This document shows, in pieces, positions 49,147 through 59,485 of a DNA stretch of 62,771 bases. The notes beneath the pieces are model-generated. The model was not told the DNA's origin and searched no databases. It was given only the letters and a program-made list of their open reading frames with translations. Both the position numbers and the translations under genes were made by a program. How positions within the stretch are numbered: the stretch's first letter is position 1; every line of letters starts with the position of its first letter. Source of the stretch: a bacterium (GTDB lineage: Bacteria > Patescibacteriota > Saccharimonadia > Saccharimonadales > Saccharimonadaceae); assembly GCA_029549925.1 (NCBI GenBank), contig JAKPIF010000019.1, forward strand, positions 1-62,771. The letters are read 5' to 3'.

Positions 49147-50127
49147 ATGGCTTATGAGACAAGGCGCGAGCGGCGTTTACGCCGTGAAGCGGAGCAGCGG
49201 GCAGCGGCGCGAACGAGGCTGAATGCTTTCTTTGCGGCGGTTCTATTGATTGCGCTATTTGTCTTTATCGTAATTTACCTTAGCCACCAGCGAATCGAAT
49301 TTAGTGGCGAGAAATCTACCGCTAAATCCACGAGGCAGAGCTTCGGCGCTAACGAGGCCAACAATAAGTCTGCAGAACAGAACGTAACCCCGCGAGCGCA
49401 AGAGATCATAGCAGCTCTGCCAAATAAAATTACTGAAATTAATGGCAATCTCGGTATCAAAGAGCGTAGCAGCCTGACGAACTTGCCGACAAATACTTCA
49501 ACGGCTGTGGTCATTATTGACGTGAGCGATAAGGGACGGGGTAGTGCCAACTATAACGGCAGCGTACAGTTTACCAGTGCTAGCACCTATAAACTTTGGG
49601 TGGCATATATGATGGTGCGGGATGTCGAGTCGGGGCGCCGCACCTGGAATAGCCGAATTAACGGCACGACTTGGGATAATTGCTTTACCAAAATGATCGT
49701 CAATAGTGACAATGTTTGTCCCGAGACCTACTTATCTGCCAATGGCTATGACAAGCTCGACCAAACGGTGGCGAAACTCGGCATGAGCGGGCAAACCGTC
49801 TTCACTCCGGGCAATATGCGTACATCGGCGAGTGACCTTGCTTTAATTCTGCAAAAGCTCTATAAAGGCGAGCTAATGAACGAAGAAAATAAAAACAAAC
49901 TTTATGGCCTGATGTCGCGCCAGCAATTTCGCCAAGGCATTCCAACGGGCGTAGGCGATAAGGCCGTTGTCTACGATAAAATTGGCTGGCTCGATGAAAT
50001 TGTCAACGATGCGGCGATTGTCCATGGGGGCAAGGGTGACTATATTCTCGTCATCATGACCAATGGCGAATCGTGGCAGTATGTGGCGCAGCTCGCGGCG
50101 TGGATTAACACTGAGATGAATAAATAG
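49147..50127 (+). CDS. Membrane-anchored serine hydrolase, class A beta-lactamase/PBP-like
   Basis: STYK (SxxK), SDN and KIG motifs; N-terminal TM. Confidence 0.88.
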   Translation: MAYETRRERRLRREAEQRAAARTRLNAFFAAVLLIALFVFIVIYLSHQRIEFSGEKSTAKSTRQSFGANEANNKSAEQNVTPRAQEIIAALPNKITEINGNLGIKERSSLTNLPTNTSTAVVIIDVSDKGRGSANYNGSVQFTSASTYKLWVAYMMVRDVESGRRTWNSRINGTTWDNCFTKMIVNSDNVCPETYLSANGYDKLDQTVAKLGMSGQTVFTPGNMRTSASDLALILQKLYKGELMNEENKNKLYGLMSRQQFRQGIPTGVGDKAVVYDKIGWLDEIVNDAAIVHGGKGDYILVIMTNGESWQYVAQLAAWINTEMNK

Positions 50128-50161
50128 CCCCGCCTATGTTAAAATAGTAGCGTTAGTTAAA

Positions 50162-50232
50162 TTGGGTTAGCGGTGGATATACTTTCAGGTTGCCGAGTGT
50201 CAGCGTGAGATTATATACGCTACTAACCCCAA
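50162..50232 (+). promoter_or_regulatory. pnp leader stem-loop
   Basis: ttgggttag...ctaaccccaa pairing closes next to the SD aggagg. Confidence 0.55.
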
Positions 50233-50242
50233 GGAGGAAATC

Positions 50243-52375
50243 ATGACAAAAATGATTCAGACGGGCAAGGATATTATCAAAGTTTCGACCGAGTGGCTCG
50301 GGCGAGAACTGTCGCTCGAAGTTAATCACGTTGGCTTTCGCGCCAGTGGCTCAGTGGTGGTGCGTTATGGCGACACGGTGGTGCTCGGCATGGTTAATAG
50401 CGGCGATGTTAATCCGGCACTCGATTACTTCCCGCTGTCAGTGGACTATGAAGAGAAGTTCTATGCCAGTGGCAAAATTAGTAGCAGCCGCTTTAATAAG
50501 CGCGAAGGTAAGCCGTCAGATGAAGCGGTGCTAGTGGGACGCCTCATTGATCGTCCAATCCGCCCACTCTTTCCAAAGGGCTATCGTAATGAATGCCAGG
50601 TGGTGACGACGGTGCTAGCGAACGATCCGGCCTACCGCCCAGATGCAGTGGCGATGATTGCGGCGTCGACCGCCCTATTACTGGCGGGCGTGCCGTTCGA
50701 TGGACCAGTCGCAGGCCTGCGGGTTGGTCTCGACAAAGACGGCAAGTTTAAGGCCTTTATGAGCCGAGACGAATTAGAGACGGGCAAGCTCGATCTCTTT
50801 GTCGCCGTTAAGGATCAAAAGGTGATGATGGTTGAAGCGGGCGCCAAGGAGGCTAGCGAAGAGACCTTAATTGACGCGATGAAGTGGGTGGTGGAGAATG
50901 CCCAACCGGCTCTTGATCTGCAGCGTGAATTAATCGCCAAAGTTCAGCCTGCCCAGCAGGAATACGAGCTAACTTTGCCCGACGAAGAGATTATCGCTAA
51001 GGTTGATGAATACATGACGGATAAGCTAACCGACGATTTGCATATTCCTTATCCAGAACGAAATCCAAAGGTGGATGTAATTAAGAGCGAAGCGCTAGAA
51101 CATTTTGCTGCCGATTACACTGATGAAGAGTGGGCGGAAGTCGAGACTGACTACACTGAAGCGATTGACATGGCCGTCAAGAAGAATGTACGTCAGGGTA
51201 TTATCACCGAGGGCGTGCGGCCTGACGGGCGGAAATTGGACGAAATTCGCCCGATTACTTGCGAAGTTGATGTGCTACCGCGGGTGCACGGCTCAGCGCT
51301 CTTTACGCGCGGCCTGACGCAGGCGCTCAACATTGTAACACTTGCGCCGCTATCTGATAGTCAGCTAGTTGACACCATGGAAGTAACTGATGGTGAACGG
51401 CGTTATATGCACCACTACAATGCGCCGGGCTATACCGTGGGTGAAGTGAAGCGTATGGGTGCACCAGGCCGACGCGAGATCGGGCATGGATATTTAGCAG
51501 AGCGGGCGCTCCTGCCGATGCTACCGAGCAAGGAAGACTTTCCCTACGCGATTCGCTCAGTGACGGAAATTATGAGCCAAAATGGGAGCACTTCGATGGC
51601 AGCGACGTGCTCATCTTGCATGGCACTAATGACGGCGGGTGTGCCGCTACGGCGTCCAGTATCTGGCGTGGCGATGGGGCTAATGATTGACGGTGATCGG
51701 CACTATGTGCTGACTGACCTCGCCGACCAGGAAGACTTTGCCGGCGATATGGACTTTAAGTGCACTGGCACTAGCGAGGGTGTGACGGCGCTTCAGATGG
51801 ATATGAAGGTGCACGGCATTGACGTCGATATCTTGAGTGAAGCTTTACAGCGGGCGAAAACGGCGCGGGCTGAGATCCTGGCGAAGATGTTAGCCGTCAT
51901 TCCTGAGTCTAGAAAGGAGCTATCGCCCTATGCACCTAAGATCGAGAAACTGCAGATTAAAACGGATAAGATTGGCACGGTCATTGGTAAGGGCGGTGAG
52001 ACTATCACTAAGATTACCAGCGAAACTGGCGTGCAGATTGACATTACTGAGGACGGTCTAGTGACGTTTGCGACTAATGATGCGGCAGCAATGCAGCACG
52101 CGGTAGACTGGGTCAAGAGCCTTGTGGAAGAGCCAGAAGTTGGCAAAATTTACCGCGGTACAGTAGTGGGGTTAAAGGACTTCGGCGCCTTCATTAATAT
52201 CATGCCTGGGGTCGACGGTATGCTGCACGTCAGCAAGATTGTAGATCACCGTATCAAGTCGCCGGCAGACGTGCTAAAGATGGGCCAAAAGGTTAATGTC
52301 AAGCTCACCATGATTGATGACAAAGGACGCCTGAGCCTCACGATGTTGGGCGTAGATCAAGATAAGTTAGCGTAG
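50243..52375 (+). CDS. pnp: Polyribonucleotide nucleotidyltransferase
   Basis: Two RNase PH domains, RREIGHG, GDMDFK, KH and S1 domains. Confidence 0.98.
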   Translation: MTKMIQTGKDIIKVSTEWLGRELSLEVNHVGFRASGSVVVRYGDTVVLGMVNSGDVNPALDYFPLSVDYEEKFYASGKISSSRFNKREGKPSDEAVLVGRLIDRPIRPLFPKGYRNECQVVTTVLANDPAYRPDAVAMIAASTALLLAGVPFDGPVAGLRVGLDKDGKFKAFMSRDELETGKLDLFVAVKDQKVMMVEAGAKEASEETLIDAMKWVVENAQPALDLQRELIAKVQPAQQEYELTLPDEEIIAKVDEYMTDKLTDDLHIPYPERNPKVDVIKSEALEHFAADYTDEEWAEVETDYTEAIDMAVKKNVRQGIITEGVRPDGRKLDEIRPITCEVDVLPRVHGSALFTRGLTQALNIVTLAPLSDSQLVDTMEVTDGERRYMHHYNAPGYTVGEVKRMGAPGRREIGHGYLAERALLPMLPSKEDFPYAIRSVTEIMSQNGSTSMAATCSSCMALMTAGVPLRRPVSGVAMGLMIDGDRHYVLTDLADQEDFAGDMDFKCTGTSEGVTALQMDMKVHGIDVDILSEALQRAKTARAEILAKMLAVIPESRKELSPYAPKIEKLQIKTDKIGTVIGKGGETITKITSETGVQIDITEDGLVTFATNDAAAMQHAVDWVKSLVEEPEVGKIYRGTVVGLKDFGAFINIMPGVDGMLHVSKIVDHRIKSPADVLKMGQKVNVKLTMIDDKGRLSLTMLGVDQDKLA

Positions 52376-52378
52376 AAA

Positions 52379-53167
52379 ATGGCAACGGCAATAATTACTG
52401 GTGGGAGTAGTGGCCTAGGGCTCGAGTTCGCACGAGCTCTAGCTAGCCAGGGCTATAATCTAGCAATTATCGCTCGCGGCGAAGCAGCGCTAGCGGCCGT
52501 ATGCGGTGAGCTTAGCCAAAAGTACCACATTAAAGCGCGGGGCATTTCGGCGGATCTATCCGATAGACGTGTAGCTGACCAGATAGTGAGCCTCATCGAT
52601 CATACTCATGACCTAGCCTACTTTGTCAATAATGCCGGCTTTGCTGTGCATCTCGACATGACGGATGATAGTAAAGAGGCACGGCGGGCGCACGAAGCGG
52701 CGGCGCAGGTGATGGGCATTAATGTGGTGCTATTTAGTACTGCGGCTGCTAAGGTAATGAAAAGGCAAGGCTACGGCCACATTATTAATGTGGCCAGCAC
52801 GGCGAGTTTGACTTTTCAGGGACATTATTCGGCACTTAAATCCTACGTGGTGACGTTTACCGAGAGCGTGGCGCTAAACCTTCGTGGCACAGGTGTTTGG
52901 GCGACGGCGGTTTGTCCGTCGTGGATGAAGACTAACTTTCACCGTGAAGCGGGCCTCGGCGAACCGAATATTCCCAGTTGGCTATATATGCAGCCGACTA
53001 AGGTGGTGCAGGCAGCGCTAAAAGGCGCGAAAAAAGGCAAAGCGGTAGTAGTGCCGACAATCCGCTGGAAGATTATCTATTGGTGGCTCGACCATGGCCC
53101 GATCGCCTGCCGGCGCCACTTTACGATGTGGTATCTAAATAACGGTAATTATAGCAAGAAGCATTAA
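52379..53167 (+). CDS. Short-chain dehydrogenase/reductase
   Basis: TGGSSGLG, NNAG, YSALK. Confidence 0.92.
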   Translation: MATAIITGGSSGLGLEFARALASQGYNLAIIARGEAALAAVCGELSQKYHIKARGISADLSDRRVADQIVSLIDHTHDLAYFVNNAGFAVHLDMTDDSKEARRAHEAAAQVMGINVVLFSTAAAKVMKRQGYGHIINVASTASLTFQGHYSALKSYVVTFTESVALNLRGTGVWATAVCPSWMKTNFHREAGLGEPNIPSWLYMQPTKVVQAALKGAKKGKAVVVPTIRWKIIYWWLDHGPIACRRHFTMWYLNNGNYSKKH

Positions 53168-53176
53168 CATACTCTT

Positions 53177-53746
53177 ATGGATAAATCTCTTGCGCTCGAC
53201 GAACTTCGCTCTAAAATCCTCGCCGATAACGTCTGCCCAGATCTCGCTCATACTGCTACGCAGCTCGTCATGGGCGACGGCAACCCTGACGCCGATATCG
53301 TCTTTATTGGCGAAGCACCAGGCAAAAGCGAAGACGAGCAGGGCAAACCATTCGTAGGCGCTTCGGGCAAGTTTCTAAACGAGATGTTGGCGTCAATTAA
53401 TCTGAAACGCGAGGACGTCTATATTACTAACATCGTAAAGTATCGTCCGCCGAACAACCGCGACCCGTCGACGGAAGAGAAGCGGGCGTTTTGGCCCTAT
53501 CTGATGCGGCAGCTAGAAATAATCGATCCGAAAGTCATCGTCACACTCGGGCGACATGCGGGTGGCTGCTTTATTCCAGATATTCACATTTCGCGCGACC
53601 ATGGTCATGCCCGCAAAGTGCGCCTGACACGTGATGGGCGCGAGTATGATTGGCTAGTTTTGCCGCTCTATCATCCCGCCGCCGCTCTCTACAACGGTGG
53701 CATGCGCCAAACCTTGCTAGACGACTTTCAGAAAATAAAACTTTAA
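53177..53746 (+). CDS. Uracil-DNA glycosylase family 4
   Basis: GEAPG, PFVG, RPPNNRDP, YHPAA. Confidence 0.94.
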   Translation: MDKSLALDELRSKILADNVCPDLAHTATQLVMGDGNPDADIVFIGEAPGKSEDEQGKPFVGASGKFLNEMLASINLKREDVYITNIVKYRPPNNRDPSTEEKRAFWPYLMRQLEIIDPKVIVTLGRHAGGCFIPDIHISRDHGHARKVRLTRDGREYDWLVLPLYHPAAALYNGGMRQTLLDDFQKIKL

Positions 53747-53756
53747 TATAATTTTC

Positions 53757-53803
53757 ACCCCCCCCAGGGGAGGGTAGATAAAATTTACTCATCGGGTGGG
53801 GTC
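53757..53803 (+). repeat. REP-like element (degenerate type A)
   Basis: ccccccccaggggagggtagataaaatttactcatcgggtggggt. Confidence 0.7.
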
Positions 53804-53865
53804 TATTTGCAAACTATCCATTTCTAGTGTATTATTGAACTAAGTAATTTGAAGGAGTATTAAGT

Positions 53866-54138
53866 ATGTCTCATGTTAAAGCTGGTGGCAGCTCAAAAAA
53901 TAATCACAATAATGCCGGCCATCGCCTAGGTGTTAAGCGCTTTGGTGGTCAGAAGGTTAGTGCTGGCGAGGTAATCGTCCGTCAAGTTGGAGCGAGTAAG
54001 ATTGCCGGTCCTGGCACTTACACTAGCCGCAACTTCACGATCCATGCCGCTAAGGATGGTGTCGTCAAAATGGCAACGCGCAAGGTGCGCACCTTTACTG
54101 GTAAGACCGTTCCACGTGTTCAAGTCAGCGTAGAGTAG
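53866..54138 (+). CDS. rpmA: 50S ribosomal protein L27
   Basis: MSHVKAGGSSKN, RLGVKRFGGQ, IVRQ. Confidence 0.97.
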   Translation: MSHVKAGGSSKNNHNNAGHRLGVKRFGGQKVSAGEVIVRQVGASKIAGPGTYTSRNFTIHAAKDGVVKMATRKVRTFTGKTVPRVQVSVE

Positions 54139-54154
54139 TACTGCATTGTATTGC

Positions 54155-54192
54155 ACTTAAGCCCTCGCTATCGCGAGGGCTTAAGTTTTTTC
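54155..54192. terminator. Terminator between convergent rpmA and methyltransferase
   Basis: acttaagccctcgc-tatc-gcgagggcttaagt + tttttt. Confidence 0.8.
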
Positions 54193-54195
54193 TTC

Positions 54196-55443
54196 TCACA
54201 GCATTTTTCTCACAACCGCTAGCTCTCGTCCGACGATCTGCTCAGGGCGACGATAGACTAGGCCATAGCCAAGCTGCTTATTGTACCTATAGCGCTCAAT
54301 GCTCTTGAGACACGGCAAATGATAGATCTTACCCCTCACTTGCCAACATGGCACAGCGACGCACAGCCCCGCACCTTGTGGCAGTGTCACCGAGATATTT
54401 TGTAGGAATTTTCCAATAATGATATCGCAGGTCTTAATGTTTTGCTCTAACTCGCTATTCGACGGTGGAGTAGTGTACGGTCGTCCTAGATAGCACTCGG
54501 TGGCAATGATATTGGCGTCATAGCTAGCCCTCTCTTTAGAGGGGACAGATGAGCTTTGCTTATCAGGCGCGCTTTTGCCGCCCGTCGCATCCGCTACAAA
54601 TAGCGTTGTTCTTTCGCTTGTCTTGGCGTGCAATCTCTCGTCCGCCCACGCCAGATTGGCTTTAGTATTATCTATCATTTGCGGATTTAGATCTGAGCCG
54701 ATTAGCTTTTTGAACAGTGGTGAAGCGTGGTCGCCGTCTCGCATTAATGCTGCTTCGATGAGAACCGTCCCAGTCCCACAATACGGGTCATATATATTAA
54801 GCGGCGCATCCTTTGATAGATCACTAGCGCCCACAGCTAGATTGATAATAGTCTGTGCTAGCTTGGGCGGCAGCATGCCATTGTGGGCATCGCGACGTGG
54901 CTTCTCGCGGTCGCGCACGGTGTAGCTATCGATATTTTGCACAAATAATGTGGTGGCAACAATGATTTTGTCGCCGTTCTTGACGAAATTCAGTTCAACT
55001 TTTTTATTATTCCCGCGTGCCAAGCCATTATGCAAAACCGTGGCGGTAGAGAGGGTGCCGCTTTTATCTAATAAGAGTCGCACGCTGCTGATATCCAGCA
55101 TTTCACTGAGAGTCTGTTTGGCGATAGCACCAATTTGCCGCGCCGTCTTGTTGGCGTCATGAAAGCCATAGAGCGACAGCCCCACAGTCACTTTACCGCA
55201 AACGCCAGTAAATATTTTTTTACTCAAAGTGGTAGCCGACCTAGCATCAAGCGAGAAATCGTCATCGACTACGGTCATGATCTTGACTGCGCTTCCGAGT
55301 CGCCAAGCGTCAGCTAAGGCTGCATCTTTATCGATATTTAACATTGCAAATCGCCGTTCAATCTGCTGTGGCTTTTTGCTGTAAACCGCTTCTATCTCTG
55401 CTAAACCAATTTCTGGCTGTCTGCCCAGTTGAAACAAAATCAT
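54196..55443 (-). CDS. SAM-dependent methyltransferase, Trm11/UPF0020-like
   Basis: GMLPPKLAQ, DPYCGTGT, GSD, TECYLG. Confidence 0.82.
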   Translation of the reverse strand: MILFQLGRQPEIGLAEIEAVYSKKPQQIERRFAMLNIDKDAALADAWRLGSAVKIMTVVDDDFSLDARSATTLSKKIFTGVCGKVTVGLSLYGFHDANKTARQIGAIAKQTLSEMLDISSVRLLLDKSGTLSTATVLHNGLARGNNKKVELNFVKNGDKIIVATTLFVQNIDSYTVRDREKPRRDAHNGMLPPKLAQTIINLAVGASDLSKDAPLNIYDPYCGTGTVLIEAALMRDGDHASPLFKKLIGSDLNPQMIDNTKANLAWADERLHAKTSERTTLFVADATGGKSAPDKQSSSVPSKERASYDANIIATECYLGRPYTTPPSNSELEQNIKTCDIIIGKFLQNISVTLPQGAGLCVAVPCWQVRGKIYHLPCLKSIERYRYNKQLGYGLVYRRPEQIVGRELAVVRKML

Positions 55444-55478
55444 AGTTCTATTATACCTTGCAATGTTATAATATTCTT

Positions 55479-56690
55479 ATGTCAAAGTTTCGGGAGGACT
55501 TTCAGCGGAGCTATACTGAGGCAAAAGAGGCGGCGCACCACAAAAAACGGGGCGCACGGTTCTATATCAGTATTGTTACTTTCATTTTGATTGCGATTGT
55601 TATCTGGAATACGCGTAGCGAGATGGCGCAGGCGTTTCAGCTAATGACGAAGGCGAATATTTGGGTCTTACTACTGATTATTCCAGTGCAATTTTTCTCT
55701 TATCTCGCCAGCGCCGAAATTTTCTTGACCTATCTACGTGGTCGAGGGCAGCTAAAGGACGTCTCGACAGTGGGATCAACTTCTATGGCATTGGAGTTTA
55801 ACTTTGTCAATCACGTCTTCCCGACAGCAGGTGTTAGCGGGGCATCATATATGATTTGGCGCCTGGGCAAACTCGGCGTGCCGGCGGGGCAGGCGATGAT
55901 GTCGCAGATTATCAACTGGATTTCGCTCGGTAGCACCTTTATCATCATGATGATTATCTCGTTAATCATTACTACAGCCGAGAACAAGGCGGCTAACTGG
56001 CTAATTATGGCGACGACGATTGCGGCGGTAGCGCTGGTGCTTGTGCTAATTTTTGGCAGTTTCCTAATTGGCAGTCGCGAACGCCTGATGAGCTTTGGTA
56101 AGTGGCTGGCACGCCATATCAATAATTTCGGCCACAAGGTGCTAAAGCGAAAGAAGCCGCCAATGCGGATGCAGGCGGTAGAAGATTTTGTCAACGATTT
56201 CTTTGATGATTTTCAAGCGATCAAGCAGGACAAGGCGCTTCTCAAGGGACCGATTGTCTGGGGCTTCATCAGTAACCTCTTGGACGTAATGCTCATTGCG
56301 ATCGCCTTCTGGTCGCTAGGCTATCCGATCGACCTCGCTTTACTACTAATTGGCTTTGGAGCGGCCTCGGTGGGTGCCTTTGCGATGGCGACGCCGGGCG
56401 GCGTGGGTGCTTACGAAGCGGTAATGATCGGTGTTCTCGTGGCGGGCGGTGCGCCGACCGAGATGGCGTCAGCGGGTACGATCTTGTCGCGCGTTATTCT
56501 AATTATCGGCACGATTGTCGTGGGTGCTGTGGCGTATCATCGTACGATGACAAAATACGGCCAGCCTGATTACCAGGCGGCGAGCAAGGCAGACAAAAAG
56601 CGGGACGACGAACGAGAAAAGATGAAGCAGAGCAGCATTAAGAAGACGTCAAGTGCCAGCTCTGGCAAAAAATCCGAGGCGACTAAATAA
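55479..56690 (+). CDS. Lysylphosphatidylglycerol synthase TM-domain / flippase-like (UPF0104) membrane protein
   Basis: NFVNHVFPTAG, TPGGVGAYE; start after TGTTATAAT. Confidence 0.85.
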   Translation: MSKFREDFQRSYTEAKEAAHHKKRGARFYISIVTFILIAIVIWNTRSEMAQAFQLMTKANIWVLLLIIPVQFFSYLASAEIFLTYLRGRGQLKDVSTVGSTSMALEFNFVNHVFPTAGVSGASYMIWRLGKLGVPAGQAMMSQIINWISLGSTFIIMMIISLIITTAENKAANWLIMATTIAAVALVLVLIFGSFLIGSRERLMSFGKWLARHINNFGHKVLKRKKPPMRMQAVEDFVNDFFDDFQAIKQDKALLKGPIVWGFISNLLDVMLIAIAFWSLGYPIDLALLLIGFGAASVGAFAMATPGGVGAYEAVMIGVLVAGGAPTEMASAGTILSRVILIIGTIVVGAVAYHRTMTKYGQPDYQAASKADKKRDDEREKMKQSSIKKTSSASSGKKSEATK

Positions 56691-57802
56691 TGGACAACAC
56701 GCCTGAGTTCACCGTTAGTCAAGCGATTGCCGTCTTTAATCAAATTCTTGAGACGGCGACGCCGAACATTATTGTTACGGGGGAAGTGGCGAACTACAAG
56801 GTTAATCAGGGTAAATGGGTCTTCTTTGACCTCAAGGATGACAGCGGAATTCTTAGTTGCTTTCTGCCGCTATGGCAGCTCAGAGTAGCCATTCAGGACG
56901 GCATGAAGGTAAAAGTGCGAGCACGCCCAAATATTACTAAATGGGGTAAATTTAGCCTAACGGCGTTAACCATTCAGCCGATAGGTGAGGGTTCAATTAA
57001 GAAATCCTTCGAATTGCTAAAGACGAAGCTTAGCAAAGAAGGTCTCTTTGACCAGAGCCGCAAGCGCCCACTACCGACTTTGCCCCGCCATATCGGCGTA
57101 ATTTCATCGGTGGACGCGGCGGGCTATAAAGACTTTATTAAAATTATCACGGCGCGCATGGGCGGACTAACGATTGACGTCATTTCAACGCAGGTGCAGG
57201 GTGCGGCAGCGGCTGACCAAATAATCACGGCGGTGCGGCAGTTTAATGAGCTAGCCGACCCGCCCGAAGTGCTAGCGATTCTACGCGGTGGCGGTAGCCG
57301 AGATGACTTAGCGGTATTTGATGATGAGAAGCTCGCCCGCACTGTGGCGGCGTCGCGCATCCCGGTGATTACGGGCGTGGGACACGAAGTCGATACAACG
57401 CTAATTGACTTAGTGGCGGATAAACGGGCATCGACTCCGTCGAATGCAGCGGAGCTACTCGTGCCTAATCGGCGTGAACTAATTCAACGAGCGGATGACA
57501 GCTTAGTCCGAATGGTGGACGGCCTGGAGCGACAATTGCAGGACCAGCAAAGCCACTTAGTACGATCGACTGATCGTCTGACTAACGCTATGCAGCGATG
57601 CTATCAAGAAATTACGCAGCGGGCTAAATCGCTAGCGCAGACCTTAACGGCGTATGATCCGCGAGCGGTGCTAAAGCGGGGTTATGCTATTGTGTGGCGC
57701 GATCAGCATGTCGTTCAGACGGCGGGCGTGGGCGATAATTTGACAGTTGAGACGACAAAGCAACTAATCGAGACGGAGGTGAAGAGTGTCCGAGACAAAT
57801 AA
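56690..57802 (+). CDS. xseA: Exodeoxyribonuclease VII large subunit
   Basis: FDLKD, RGGGS, TGVGHEVD, ASTPSNAAE, LKRGYA. Confidence 0.96.
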   Translation: MDNTPEFTVSQAIAVFNQILETATPNIIVTGEVANYKVNQGKWVFFDLKDDSGILSCFLPLWQLRVAIQDGMKVKVRARPNITKWGKFSLTALTIQPIGEGSIKKSFELLKTKLSKEGLFDQSRKRPLPTLPRHIGVISSVDAAGYKDFIKIITARMGGLTIDVISTQVQGAAAADQIITAVRQFNELADPPEVLAILRGGGSRDDLAVFDDEKLARTVAASRIPVITGVGHEVDTTLIDLVADKRASTPSNAAELLVPNRRELIQRADDSLVRMVDGLERQLQDQQSHLVRSTDRLTNAMQRCYQEITQRAKSLAQTLTAYDPRAVLKRGYAIVWRDQHVVQTAGVGDNLTVETTKQLIETEVKSVRDK

Positions 57803-58058
57803 AGTCGTAAATGATAAGGTGAGAGAGCTAGACGGTGACAAGGGCGGCGCGGGGGATGGCGAATTTGTCGCTCTCAGCCTAAACGAACTAATGGCCAAGC
57901 TGGATGAAACTGTGGCATGGTTCAATAGTGGCAATGTGAATATCGACGCGGCGACCGAGAAATTCGATTATGGCAGCCGCCTAGTCGCCGAAATTAAATC
58001 CCGTTTGGCGGTAACGGAAAATAAGATCAACCAAATCAAGCTCAGGCTAGAGAAGTAG
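57786..58058 (+). CDS. xseB: Exodeoxyribonuclease VII small subunit
   Basis: Short helical protein directly after xseA. Confidence 0.75.
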   Translation: MSETNKVVNDKVRELDGDKGGAGDGEFVALSLNELMAKLDETVAWFNSGNVNIDAATEKFDYGSRLVAEIKSRLAVTENKINQIKLRLEK

Positions 58059-58198
58059 CAATTTTCACTCTCCCCTATGGGGGGGGTGGCAACTGTGAGA
58101 AGAAGGCAATGACTGCTTCATGTTGACATTTCATCATGCTTGTGCTACTATAATGGTGTTTCAGGTGAATAACTGATTTAGGAGTTGAAAAAATAACT

Positions 58199-58675
58199 AT
58201 GAATAATTTTAATAGAAGCTACAACAGTAGTTATCAGCCAGATGAACGCTATTATAGCGAACGTCGAGCGGCGCGCGAAGCTCATCGTGAGGAACAGCGC
58301 GAGCATGAGGAGAAGGTGAGTCGTCTCAAGAAAGTTATCGGCGCGGGTGCCGCTGCTATCTTCGCCGTCACAATGGTGACGGGCGGGGCGGATGCAATCG
58401 CAAATGCCTACAAGAAGACTCAGCCGGTGGAAGAAGTTGCAACTGAGCGCGTTAAGGTCCATTCGGGTGATACCGCTTGGGATTACGCCAAGGCGGCGAA
58501 ACAGGATATCCATGATTACAATGAAGAGCATCCCGATAACCCAGTTCGCGGTAACGCCAGCCTCGATATAATTCGGACGGATATCCAGAACGATAATCCC
58601 GACAAGAACATTGGGGAGCTGCAACCGGGTGACACCTTAATCATCCCTGACTACACTCCAAACGAATCAGATTAA
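58199..58675 (+). CDS. Membrane-anchored LysM-domain protein
   Basis: TM helix, VHSGDTAWDYA...LQPGDTLIIP. Confidence 0.85.
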   Translation: MNNFNRSYNSSYQPDERYYSERRAAREAHREEQREHEEKVSRLKKVIGAGAAAIFAVTMVTGGADAIANAYKKTQPVEEVATERVKVHSGDTAWDYAKAAKQDIHDYNEEHPDNPVRGNASLDIIRTDIQNDNPDKNIGELQPGDTLIIPDYTPNESD

Positions 58676-58756
58676 ACCTATCTCGAGTTAAATTATCCCC
58701 ACCTAGTCTCGGCGGGGATTCTTATTATTTTTATACGTTTATGCTAAAATGTAGGC

Positions 58757-59452
58757 ATGAAACTTATCCAAAAATGGTGGGGCAAGGCGAGTGATCAACG
58801 TGGAGCCGTCAATCCAATGTTGATTGTGACGATTTTGCTCTCGGCGCTCTTGATAGTGGCGGCCGGTGGCTTCGTCTGGGCGTATATGCAGATGACCGAT
58901 TATAAGAATAATGCCCAGCAAATGGTCGATGCGGCGGTCGCTGATGCTAAGAAGGTGCAGCAGGATGCCGACGAGAAGCACTTTAAGGAAGAGGACAAAA
59001 AGCCGAATCGCAGTTATGTTGGTCCATCAGAGCTTGGTTCGGTGCGCTTTAACTATCCTAAGACGTGGGCAGGTTTCACCCAGCAGAGTGATGATAGCAG
59101 AGGTCTAGCGGTTTACTTCTATCCCTATATAGTGCCAGTTATCAAGGATGGCGTCAGCGTCTACGCACTCCGCGTCAAGGTTGTCACGCAGTCCTATGAT
59201 GACGTACTAAAGAATTTTGAGAGTCGAGTTAAGGATGGCAAGGCGACGGCGTCGACTATTGTCGTTGGCAAGACCGACACCTTTAGCGGCTATGATGGCG
59301 TGCGCATTGATGGCCAGGTAACCGACACTATTACTGGCGCAGCAGTTATCTTTAAGGTGCGCGACAAGACGCTCGAACTCTTTTGTGATAGTTCGGATTA
59401 TATGAACGATTTCAATAATACCATTCTCAAGACGTTGCAGTTCCAGCCATAA
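58757..59452 (+). CDS. Hypothetical exported protein (pilin-like QRGA N-terminus, TM anchor)
   Basis: DQRGAVNPMLIV + TM, FNYPKTW motif. Confidence 0.78.
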   Translation: MKLIQKWWGKASDQRGAVNPMLIVTILLSALLIVAAGGFVWAYMQMTDYKNNAQQMVDAAVADAKKVQQDADEKHFKEEDKKPNRSYVGPSELGSVRFNYPKTWAGFTQQSDDSRGLAVYFYPYIVPVIKDGVSVYALRVKVVTQSYDDVLKNFESRVKDGKATASTIVVGKTDTFSGYDGVRIDGQVTDTITGAAVIFKVRDKTLELFCDSSDYMNDFNNTILKTLQFQP

Positions 59453-59485
59453 TCTAACTAGCCTCGCTGTGCTATAATAAAGCCA

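Noticed and set aside
49147-50127. Antibiotic-resistance beta-lactamase
   Set aside because: Membrane-anchored, in housekeeping context, with no clear omega-loop Glu; more likely a peptidoglycan-related serine hydrolase.
9892-54138. rplU and rpmA far apart; short EF-Ts; ProRS without editing domain
   Set aside because: Consistent with ordinary rearrangement and reduction in CPR genomes.
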